A stretch of DNA of 29,572 bases from an uncultured Anaerolineales bacterium (GTDB lineage: Bacteria > Chloroflexota > Anaerolineae > Anaerolineales > VGOW01). Shown piece by piece: positions 1 to 7,081 of this stretch. The notes beneath the pieces were generated by a model. It had not been told where the DNA came from and made no database searches. It was given only the letters and a program-made list of their open reading frames with translations. The stretch lies in contig CAYYCF010000002.1 in assembly GCA_964470235.1 (NCBI GenBank), positions 1 to 29,572 of the forward strand, given 5' to 3'. How positions within the stretch are numbered: the stretch's first letter is position 1; each line of letters starts with the position of its first letter. Made by a program: the position numbers and the translations under genes.

Positions 1-2
1 AA

Positions 3-338
3 GTCGTCGTCGTCAACTTCTGGGCCTCGTGGTGCAAACCGTGCGAGCAGGAAGCGCGCGACCTTGAAGCCTTCTATCGCGACTACAAAGATCGCGGCGT
101 CATTCTCATTGGCGTGGATTACGTGGACACCGAAACCGAGGCCCGCGCCTATCTAAAAAAATTCGACATCACTTATCCCAACGGCCCCGACCTCGGCACG
201 CGCATCTCGCAAGCCTACCGCATCAAGGGCGTGCCGGAAACGTACATCATTGACCAGAGCGGCCAACTCGTCACCAACATTATCGGCCCGACGACGAAGG
301 AAGACTTGGCAAAGATTGTCGAACCACTGTTAAAATGA
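3..338 (+). CDS. TlpA/CcmG/ResA-like thiol-disulfide oxidoreductase, 5' part cut by window edge
   Basis: The frame from nt 3 reads VVVVNFWASWCKPCEQEA (thioredoxin WCxxC) and continues into the track ORF (GVPETYIID cis-Pro loop) to TGA 336-338. It heads a ccm gene cluster. Confidence 0.9.
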   Translation, partial: VVVVNFWASWCKPCEQEARDLEAFYRDYKDRGVILIGVDYVDTETEARAYLKKFDITYPNGPDLGTRISQAYRIKGVPETYIIDQSGQLVTNIIGPTTKEDLAKIVEPLLK

Positions 339-388
339 CTCGTGAGGCGTGACCCGTGAGTCATTCACGCATCACGCCTCACGAGTCA
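336..388. repeat. Heptamer-based palindromic element (TCACG-type)
   Basis: Perfect 17-bp inverted repeat TGACTCGTGAGGCGTGA (336-352) / TCACGCCTCACGAGTCA (372-388), built from TCACGnn units. Confidence 0.85.
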
Positions 389-414
389 CGTATCAAACAA
401 ACCACACTTCATTC

Positions 415-906
415 ATGGACCTCGGCTCCCTCCTCCTCTCTCTCGCCCTCCTCATCCTGGTCGCCGCATTCGTGGCGCGGCCTTTGATGGACAAACGCCG
501 CCGCTCGAACGGCCCGGCTCCGGCGGATGAGCTTGTAGCCCGGCGCGAAGCCGTGTTGATCGAATTGCGTGATCTCGACTTTGACCACGGCACCGGCAAA
601 GTGAACGACGACGATTACGCGGCGCAGCGCGCCAGGCTCGTCGCCAACGGCGCGGAAGTTCTGCGCCAATTGGCCGCGCTCAAGCCGCCATCGCCCGCCC
701 GCGCCGGCGAGTCCGGTTCGTACGGGTCTCAGAGCCGCCCCGACATTGACGACGACCTCGAAAAACTGATCGCCGCCCGCAGGCAAGTTCGCCGGCCCGC
801 GCCCGGCGGAAAGTTCTGTCCCAACTGCGGCAACCCCGTTCACCCTGGCGACAAATTCTGCGCCACCTGCGGCCACAACATCACCACCACGCAGGAGGCG
901 GCATGA
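415..906 (+). CDS. Membrane-anchored CcmI/CycH-like N-terminal helical motif plus C-terminal double zinc ribbon
   Basis: ATG 415 begins an N-terminal TM helix. It contains REAVLIELRDLDFDHGTGKVNDDDY and CPNCG...CATCG. The track's extension to 349 is translated palindrome. Confidence 0.7.
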   Translation: MDLGSLLLSLALLILVAAFVARPLMDKRRRSNGPAPADELVARREAVLIELRDLDFDHGTGKVNDDDYAAQRARLVANGAEVLRQLAALKPPSPARAGESGSYGSQSRPDIDDDLEKLIAARRQVRRPAPGGKFCPNCGNPVHPGDKFCATCGHNITTTQEAA

Positions 907-2894
907 AAGGCTTTTTGTTTTCTGGTCCCTTTCCGGAATCAACGGGACACTCTGCACCGCGAAGACGCCAAGAGCGCAAAGTGTTTGAAAAAACTTGGCG
1001 TCCTTCGCGGCTTCGCGGTTCAATTTCTGCCAAAATCCTTGCGCTCTCTGCGGCGGGAATAATCCTCGCCGCTTGCTCACTCGCCGGGGACGTGACCCCG
1101 CCGCCCGGCTTTGAATCGTCAAACGCCAACGCTCCCGCCGACATTAACCCGGTCCCTACGTCTGCCCCGCCGATAGCCCCCGACTCCGGTTTAGGCTACC
1201 CTTCATTCACTCCCTCCGTCGCCGAAGGCGCGTTCCTTTACGCGCAGAACTGCACGCGCTGTCACGGCGCCGGCGGCGCGGGCGACGGCGAACTGGCGAG
1301 CCAGATTCAATTTCCGCTGCCGGACCTCACCACGCCCGACCTGGCGCGCGCTACCACCCCGGCCAACTGGTTCTCGATCATCACGGACGGCAATATTGAC
1401 CGCGTGATGCCGCCGTGGCGCGAAAAGCTGACGGAGACCGAGCGTTGGAATCTCGTCGCTTACCTTTATTCCCTCAGCGCCCCGCAGATTGAAACCGGCC
1501 GGCAAACTTACGCCGCCAGCTGCGCCAACTGTCACGGTGAGAACGGACAGGGCGACGGCAAAGACGCCGCCGCGCCGATCCCCGATTTCACCGATCAGAA
1601 ATACATGGCCTCAAAGTCGGACGATGACTTTTACGCCGCGATCACACAAGGCCTCAACGGCGCGCACGCGTACGCCGACACGTTAACCGACGACGAGCGT
1701 TGGGCCGTTTCCGATCTCGTGCGATCATTTTCCTTCGACACGACCGCGCTGGCCGTCTCGTCCGGCACGGTCACCGGCACGCTCACCAACGGCACGCCAG
1801 GCGCCAGCGCGCCGGACGGTCAAGCGGTCGTCCTGCACCTCTTTGACAATTTTCAGGAGACCGACGCAATCACCACCACCACGCAAAGCGGCGGCGCGTT
1901 CTCATTTGCCGACGTGGCCTTCCCCCCCGGACGCGCGCTCATTCTCAGCATTGATTACGGCGGCGTGGTCTACGTTTCCGATGTCGTGTCGCCTTCGTCG
2001 GGGCAGACGACGTATGATCTGCCGGTGCGGGTTTTCGAGTCCACGTCCGATCCCTCCGCTATTGGCGTGGATCGCATGCACGTTATTTTTGATTTTCAGA
2101 ACGACCTGGTGCAAGTAGCCGAACTATTCATCATCGGCAACAACGGCGACGCCACGTTCGCCGCCCCCCATTCCGGCGCGCCCACGGTGAGCTTCGCCTT
2201 GCCCGCTGGCTACGGCGATCTTGCATTTCAAGACGGCGCCATCGGCGACCGCTATCTGCAAACCGCCGACGGCTTCGCCGATACCGAGCCGATCCGCCCA
2301 GGCCAATCCAGCCAACAGATTCTGGTTTCGTTCACTCTGCCTTACACCGACGCCTTGACCTTCGCGCAGAAAATTTCTTACCCGACGACCGACGTTACCA
2401 TTCTGCTGCCCGATAACGGCGTAGCGCTGAGCGGCAGCGGCATCGGTGATCAGGGCGTGCGCGACGTGCAGGGCGCAAAGTATCACACCTATTCCGCCGC
2501 AGGCCTCCGGGCGAATGACGTATTCGCCTTCGACCTCAAAGGCCAACCGTCGCTGTCGGCCTTGCCTCAAACCGCCGCCGCCCATGCCGCCGCAGTGACA
2601 TTCGATGCGCGGAGCGCCATCGTCGGCGGCATCGCCCTCGCGCTGGCAGTTGCCCTCGTCGTCTATTGGCAAATGCAACGCCGCCAAATATCCGTAGGCG
2701 CGGTTGTCAACCGCGGTAGCCGCGACACCGGCGACGACCGCGATCGTCTGCTCGATCAAATCGCCGCCCTCGACGATCGTTTCGAAGCGGGTGGCATTTC
2801 CGAATCCGAGTATCGCGCCCGGCGGGAGAAGTTGAAGGGAAGATTGAAGAAGCTGGTTCACCACAGAGACACGGAGAACACAGAGAAAGAATAG
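903..2894 (+). CDS. Diheme c-type cytochrome, probable lipoprotein, with beta-rich middle region, C-terminal TM helix and short helical tail
   Basis: Two CxxCH motifs (CTRCH, CANCH) in duplicated cytochrome c domains, a hydrophobic stretch ending in lipobox LAAC, and a TM segment AIVGGIALALAVALVVYW. AGGAGG RBS and ATGA overlap with the upstream gene. Confidence 0.85.
   Translation: MKGFLFSGPFPESTGHSAPRRRQERKVFEKTWRPSRLRGSISAKILALSAAGIILAACSLAGDVTPPPGFESSNANAPADINPVPTSAPPIAPDSGLGYPSFTPSVAEGAFLYAQNCTRCHGAGGAGDGELASQIQFPLPDLTTPDLARATTPANWFSIITDGNIDRVMPPWREKLTETERWNLVAYLYSLSAPQIETGRQTYAASCANCHGENGQGDGKDAAAPIPDFTDQKYMASKSDDDFYAAITQGLNGAHAYADTLTDDERWAVSDLVRSFSFDTTALAVSSGTVTGTLTNGTPGASAPDGQAVVLHLFDNFQETDAITTTTQSGGAFSFADVAFPPGRALILSIDYGGVVYVSDVVSPSSGQTTYDLPVRVFESTSDPSAIGVDRMHVIFDFQNDLVQVAELFIIGNNGDATFAAPHSGAPTVSFALPAGYGDLAFQDGAIGDRYLQTADGFADTEPIRPGQSSQQILVSFTLPYTDALTFAQKISYPTTDVTILLPDNGVALSGSGIGDQGVRDVQGAKYHTYSAAGLRANDVFAFDLKGQPSLSALPQTAAAHAAAVTFDARSAIVGGIALALAVALVVYWQMQRRQISVGAVVNRGSRDTGDDRDRLLDQIAALDDRFEAGGISESEYRARREKLKGRLKKLVHHRDTENTEKE
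956..1019. repeat. ACCGCGAAG...CTTCGCGGT palindromic element lying within the cytochrome reading frame
   Basis: Arms ACCGCGAAG (956-964) / CTTCGCGGT (1011-1019), inner GACGCCAAG / CTTGGCGTC. Same family as 3819-3882. Confidence 0.85.
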
Positions 2895-2924
2895 AAAACT
2901 CCGTGCGCTCTGTGTCTCTGTGGT
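2860..2924. repeat. ACCACAGAGACAC-type palindromic element spanning the cytochrome stop codon
   Basis: 13-bp perfect inverted repeat ACCACAGAGACAC (2860-2872) / GTGTCTCTGTGGT (2912-2924). TAG 2892-2894 lies in the loop. Confidence 0.85.
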
Positions 2925-2929
2925 AAAAA

Positions 2930-3625
2930 ATGATCGAACTTCGTGCCCTCACAAAATCATTCGGCCTCCGCCCCGTTCTGCGCGGCGTCAATCTCACCGT
3001 GCAGAACGGCGAGTTCGTCGCCCTCATGGGACCCAACGGCGCCGGCAAGACCACACTGCTGCGCATTGTCGCCTCCCTCAGCCGCCCAACCTTTGGCGGC
3101 GTGCGCGTGGGCGGCTTTGATCTGCCCTCGCAAGCGGACGAGGCGCGGCGCGCTATCGGCGTGGTATCGCATTTGCCGCTTCTGTACGGCGACCTCACCG
3201 CCGAAGAAAATTTGTTTTTTTACGGGCGGATGTACGGCGTGCCGGATCTTGCGGCGCGGGTGAGCGAAGTGCTGGAGCAGGTCGGGCTGAGCAAACGGCG
3301 GCGCGATCTGGTGCGGGCGTTTTCGCGCGGCATGACTCAACGGCTGGCCATCGCCCGCGCCATTCTCCATTCGCCCGACATCATGCTGTTCGACGAACCG
3401 TATACCGGACTCGACCAAGACGCCAGCGCCAGGCTCGATACTATTCTAAAGACCGTCGCCGCGCGCGGGCGCACCGTGCTGATGATCTCGCACGATCTGG
3501 CGCACGCGTTGGCGCTGGCGGATCGGGTGGCGATTCTCTCGCGCGGCAAAATTGCCTACGACGCCCCGACGGCGGGCTTGAATCCAAAGCAGTTTGCCGA
3601 TGCCTATAAAGAATATACGCAGTGA
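2930..3625 (+). CDS. ccmA: Heme exporter ABC ATP-binding protein CcmA
   Basis: Walker A GPNGAGKT, signature FSRGM, Walker B LFDEP. Directly upstream of ccmB. Confidence 0.9.
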   Translation: MIELRALTKSFGLRPVLRGVNLTVQNGEFVALMGPNGAGKTTLLRIVASLSRPTFGGVRVGGFDLPSQADEARRAIGVVSHLPLLYGDLTAEENLFFYGRMYGVPDLAARVSEVLEQVGLSKRRRDLVRAFSRGMTQRLAIARAILHSPDIMLFDEPYTGLDQDASARLDTILKTVAARGRTVLMISHDLAHALALADRVAILSRGKIAYDAPTAGLNPKQFADAYKEYTQ

Positions 3626-3672
3626 CAATTCATTATGGGTCCCTGTAACTGCTCACGGCTAGAGCGAGACAA

Positions 3673-3790
3673 GCGCCCTGAGCGAAGCGCCGCGCCGTTT
3701 GCGGCGCGAAGTCGAAGGGTGCGGGTCACTCCCAATTATCGCGTCCTTCAACTGCGCGGCAGAAGGACACTGCCGCTCCGTTCAGGACGC
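3673..3790. repeat. Branched REP/MITE-like palindrome (CCTGAGCGAAG...GTCGAAGG / CCTTC...TCAGG type)
   Basis: Outer stem GCGCCCTGAGCGAAGC / GCTCCGTTCAGGACGC (G-U tolerant), inner GAAGTCGAAGG / CCTTCAACTGC, and two side hairpins. Confidence 0.7.
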
Positions 3791-3818
3791 TTGGTCATGA
3801 GCAGTTACGAATCCCTGA

Positions 3819-3882
3819 ACCGCGAAGGACGCCAAGAACGCAAAGTTTTCACGTGTCTTTGCGCCCTTTGCGTCTTCGCGGT
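3819..3882. repeat. ACCGCGAAG...CTTCGCGGT palindromic element, second copy
   Basis: ACCGCGAAGGACGCCAAGAACGCAAAG...CTTTGCGCCCTTTGCGTCTTCGCGGT, closely matching 956-1019. Confidence 0.85.
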
Positions 3883-3897
3883 GAATCATGCGCGGTG

Positions 3898-4572
3898 ATG
3901 GCAGCTTACTTTCGCGCTACCCTGGCCATCGTTCGCAAAGACCTCGCCGCCGAAATGCGGAGCCGAGAACTGATCAGCGCCATGCTGGTCTTCTCGCTGT
4001 TGGTGGTGTTGATCTTCAATTTCGCTCTCGAACTCGACCGCGCCGCGCGCGAGAACGTGGGCGCGGGCGTGCTGTGGGTAACGTTTACTTTCGCCGGAAC
4101 GCTCGGATTGAACCGGGCCTTCGCCGCCGAAAAGGATCGCGGTTCGCTCGACGGCTTGCTCCTGGCGCCGGTGGATCGCACGGTGATATTTTTCGGCAAG
4201 TTGGTCGGCACGCTGGTATTCATGCTGATCGTCGAAGCCATCGTCATTCCGGTGTTCAGCATCCTTTACGGCATTTCACTTTTCCAGCCTTTGCTGTTGG
4301 TTGTCGTGCTTCTTGGCACGTTAGGCTACGCCGCCGTCGGCACGCTGCTGGCGTCCATGGCGGTGCAGACCCGCACGCGCGACGTGATGCTGCCCATTCT
4401 GCTCTTTCCGGTGACCGTGCCGGTCGTCGTCGCCTCGGTCAAGGCCAGCGTGGGCATCCTCACCGCCGCCGGCTGGAGCGATATTGCGCTGTGGTTCAAC
4501 ATGTTGATCGTGTATGATGTGATCTTCCTCGCCGTGGCATACATGGTATTTGATTACGTGGTCGAGGAATAG
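3898..4572 (+). CDS. ccmB: Heme exporter permease CcmB
   Basis: AIVRKDLAAEMRSRE, FAAEKDRGSLDGLLLAP, LPILLFPVTVPVV and several TM helices. Start trimmed to ATG 3898 because the upstream extension is repeat-derived. Confidence 0.9.
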   Translation: MAAYFRATLAIVRKDLAAEMRSRELISAMLVFSLLVVLIFNFALELDRAARENVGAGVLWVTFTFAGTLGLNRAFAAEKDRGSLDGLLLAPVDRTVIFFGKLVGTLVFMLIVEAIVIPVFSILYGISLFQPLLLVVVLLGTLGYAAVGTLLASMAVQTRTRDVMLPILLFPVTVPVVVASVKASVGILTAAGWSDIALWFNMLIVYDVIFLAVAYMVFDYVVEE

Positions 4573-4586
4573 TACGGAGGCTCAAA

Positions 4587-5402
4587 TTGGAAAACGAAGC
4601 GCCCGTCGGGAACGACACCCCCGCCAACAATTCACAACCGGCCAGCGTTCAACCGCCCACCGAACACAAAGCCGCCGCCATTCTGATCGGCCCGATCATT
4701 GTTCAGTCGTTTAGCACGCCCATCGTCGGCGCGATCATGTTGATCGCCGGACTGTTGATCGGCTACTTTGGCCGGCCGCTGGTCGCGGCGCAACTCGCGC
4801 CTACCCCGACGGCGATCCCCGCCGCAGCGCAGTCGGATAGCCAAGCCGAGTCCCGCGCCCTGCTCATGCAATCCTTGATCGCCAAAACGGATCACTTTCA
4901 AGGCAAAGAGGACGCGCCGGTCGTCATGCTGGAATTCAGCGACTTCCAGTGACCGTACTGCGGGCGATTCGCCGCTGGCGCGGGGCGTCAGATTTATCAA
5001 CAGTACGTTGAAACAGGGTTAGTACGGTTCGGGTATCAGCATTTTGCATTTTTGGGGACGGAGTCGCAATGGGCCGCCGAGGCCAGCGAGTGCGCGTCGG
5101 ATCAAGACGCCTTCTGGGAATATCACGATCTATTGTTCGCAAAACAGTCGGGGGAAAACGGCGGCGCGTTCGGCAAAGAGAATCTCAAACAGTTCGCCGC
5201 AGAACTCAGGTTGAACACCGGCGCCTTCGACGAATGTCTCGACAGCGGCCAGCACGCGGCGGCAGTCAAAAGCCAAACCGAGTATTTGCGATCGCTCGGC
5301 GTGTCCAGCACGCCCACGTTCTTGATCAACGGCCAGCCGGTTATCGGCGCAGAGTCGTTTGAAGCGTTTCAGAAAATCATCGAACAAGAATTAAACAAGT
5401 AA
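4587..5402 (+). CDS. Membrane-anchored DsbA/BdbD-family oxidoreductase with in-frame TGA at the first active-site Cys (candidate selenoprotein, UPYC)
   Basis: Track ORFs 4587-4952 and 5052-5402 share one frame. Read through TGA 4950-4952, the sequence is EFSDFQ*PYCGRF...WAAEASECA...FWEYHDLLF...GVSSTPTFLING, a 271-aa DsbA. GGAGG lies 6 nt before TTG 4587. Confidence 0.85.
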
Positions 5403-5424
5403 GTTGACCTCACAGGAGCCACGC

Positions 5425-6129
5425 ATGCCAACCTCTTCCCCTCGCGCACTGAAAACCCTCAACATCGTCACCGCCGTTATGGCCCTCGTCGCGCTCGGCA
5501 TGGTGTTCTTCTATGCGCCGCGCGAAGCCGTGATGGGCGAAGCCCAACGCATTTTCTATTTTCACGTGTCGTCGGCCTGGGTGAGCTTCGTCGCCTTCTT
5601 CGTCACGCTCGTCGCCGGGATCGCCTTCCTGCGGACGGCCGATCATAAATGGGATCGGGTGGCGTTGTCGTCGGTCGAGGTAGGGATGACCTTTGCCATG
5701 ATGACACTGCTCAGCGGCATGTTGTGGGCCCGCCCGATCTGGAATGCCTGGTGGACGTGGGACCCGCGCCTGACCACGTTCAGCATTCTGCTGTTGATCT
5801 ACTTTGCCTATCTCATGCTAAGGGAAGGCATCGAAGACCCCGACCGCCGCGCCCGATTCGCCTCGGTGTACGGCATCGTCGGCTTCATCAGCGTGCCGAT
5901 TACCTTTTTCTCGATTCGCTTCTGGCGGACGATTCATCCGGTGGTCATCGGCTCCGGCGACCCCTCGGCCAAAGGCTCCTTCAACATGGAGCCGCAGATG
6001 CTGCAGACGTTGTTGTTCAGCATCGCCTTCTTCACCGTGCTGTACGCCACGCTGATGTGGCACCGCCTGCGGTTGGAGAGCTTCGCCGGTTACGTCGAGC
6101 AACTCAAGGCCAAGTTCACTTCAGCCTAA
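5425..6129 (+). CDS. ccmC: Heme exporter / cytochrome c biogenesis protein CcmC
   Basis: RIFYFHV, Trp-rich WARPIWNAWWTWDPRLT, and FWRTIHP. AGGAG RBS before ATG 5425. Confidence 0.92.
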   Translation: MPTSSPRALKTLNIVTAVMALVALGMVFFYAPREAVMGEAQRIFYFHVSSAWVSFVAFFVTLVAGIAFLRTADHKWDRVALSSVEVGMTFAMMTLLSGMLWARPIWNAWWTWDPRLTTFSILLLIYFAYLMLREGIEDPDRRARFASVYGIVGFISVPITFFSIRFWRTIHPVVIGSGDPSAKGSFNMEPQMLQTLLFSIAFFTVLYATLMWHRLRLESFAGYVEQLKAKFTSA

Positions 6130-6133
6130 GCTC

Positions 6134-6198
6134 ACCGCCGAGATTGCGGAGAACGCCGAGATTATTTTTCTCCCCGCGCTCTCCGCAGACTCTGCGGT
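6134..6198. repeat. ACCGC(C/A)GAG...CTCTGCGGT palindromic element
   Basis: Arms ACCGCCGAG / CTCTGCGGT (one mismatch), inner GCGGAGA / TCTCCGC. Same architecture as 2860-2924. Confidence 0.7.
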
Positions 6199-6210
6199 AG
6201 AACAAACAAC

Positions 6211-6384
6211 ATGCTACTAGCCCCCTTTTTCCAAACTCCCGACACGTCCGGCTACATGATCGCCGGATACATTGTCTTTGTTTCATTCCCGATTCTGTTT
6301 ATTGTCAGCCTGTTTTTCCGCCGAAGGAATCTTGAAAAAGACGAAGCGAACATCAAGAGCTTGAGCGAAGACGAAGCGAAATAA
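6211..6384 (+). CDS. CcmD-like small single-TM protein (57 aa), absent from the ORF track
   Basis: My translation is MLLAPFFQTPDTSGYMIAGYIVFVSFPILFIVSLFFRRRNLEKDEANIKSLSEDEAK*: one TM helix then a basic/charged tail, located right after ccmC as ccmD normally is. Confidence 0.75.
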   Translation: MLLAPFFQTPDTSGYMIAGYIVFVSFPILFIVSLFFRRRNLEKDEANIKSLSEDEAK

Positions 6385-6387
6385 AAA

Positions 6388-6418
6388 GACCGGCGCGGTC
6401 TTCAAGACCGCGTCGGTC
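6388..6418. repeat. Short palindrome, possible terminator of the ccm operon
   Basis: GACCGGCGCGGTCTT-C-AAGACCGCGTCGGTC, 15-bp arms with one G-U pair. There is no strong U-tract. Confidence 0.55.
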
Positions 6419-6425
6419 GATTCCG

Positions 6426-6926
6426 ATGCAAGTAAGAATCCACTACACCCGCCTCGGCGGCGAGACAGATATTTACACCGAGGGGCTGGTCGAGGACAAC
6501 GGGACTCGGCTGAAGACGCTCACGGTTCTGCCGCCCGATGTCAGCGCGCAACTGTCTCAACGATATCGCAGGAACGGCCTGATCGCACAAGAGCAGTCCA
6601 TTCGTTCCCTCTCCAAAAATCATTTTTACGACGAGTATTTCAGCGTGATGGAACTGCGCGACCGCGCGGGCGATCTGCTCGGCTATTATTGTGACATCAC
6701 TACACCGCTGCAAAAGACCGGCGGCGAGTATTTCATCAGCGATCTGTTTTTGGATTTGTGGATCGCGCCTGACGGCTCAATGCGCGAATTCGATTGGGAT
6801 GAATTGGAAGACGCTTTCCGCAAGGGGCTGATCTCTTCCGAATTGAAAGAAAAGGCCGTCAGCGTTTTTGAAAGACTCAAAGCCGAAACGGCAGAAGGTA
6901 TTTTCCCCGCCAAGCACGTCCTCTGA
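6426..6926 (+). CDS. DUF402 family protein
   Basis: GYYCDITTP...DLFLDLWIAPDG...DWDELE acidic motif pattern typical of DUF402. Confidence 0.75.
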   Translation: MQVRIHYTRLGGETDIYTEGLVEDNGTRLKTLTVLPPDVSAQLSQRYRRNGLIAQEQSIRSLSKNHFYDEYFSVMELRDRAGDLLGYYCDITTPLQKTGGEYFISDLFLDLWIAPDGSMREFDWDELEDAFRKGLISSELKEKAVSVFERLKAETAEGIFPAKHVL

Positions 6927-7028
6927 TCGATTGATTATCGAACCTCGAAAACGCCGCCCCGCGCCCGCGGCGTACGCTTCATCACGACATTCGCGCCCAT
7001 GCCGCGTCAGGTGTCAGTTCTGTCCCCA

Positions 7029-7037
7029 TGCTATAAT
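7029..7037 (+). promoter_or_regulatory. Extended -10 promoter element (TGnTATAAT)
   Basis: TGCTATAAT about 45 nt upstream of ATG 7082, with AGGAGG at 7071-7076. Confidence 0.6.
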
Positions 7038-7081
7038 CCTCCGAATTCGCGCAGACTTCGCCTGATTCACAGGAGGCCGAC

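Noticed and set aside
4587-5402. Two separate genes, or a DsbA pseudogene
   Set aside because: Both halves are in one frame, the only interruption is a TGA exactly at the catalytic Cys, and there is no other decay. Recoding is more parsimonious, though a nonsense change is not excluded.
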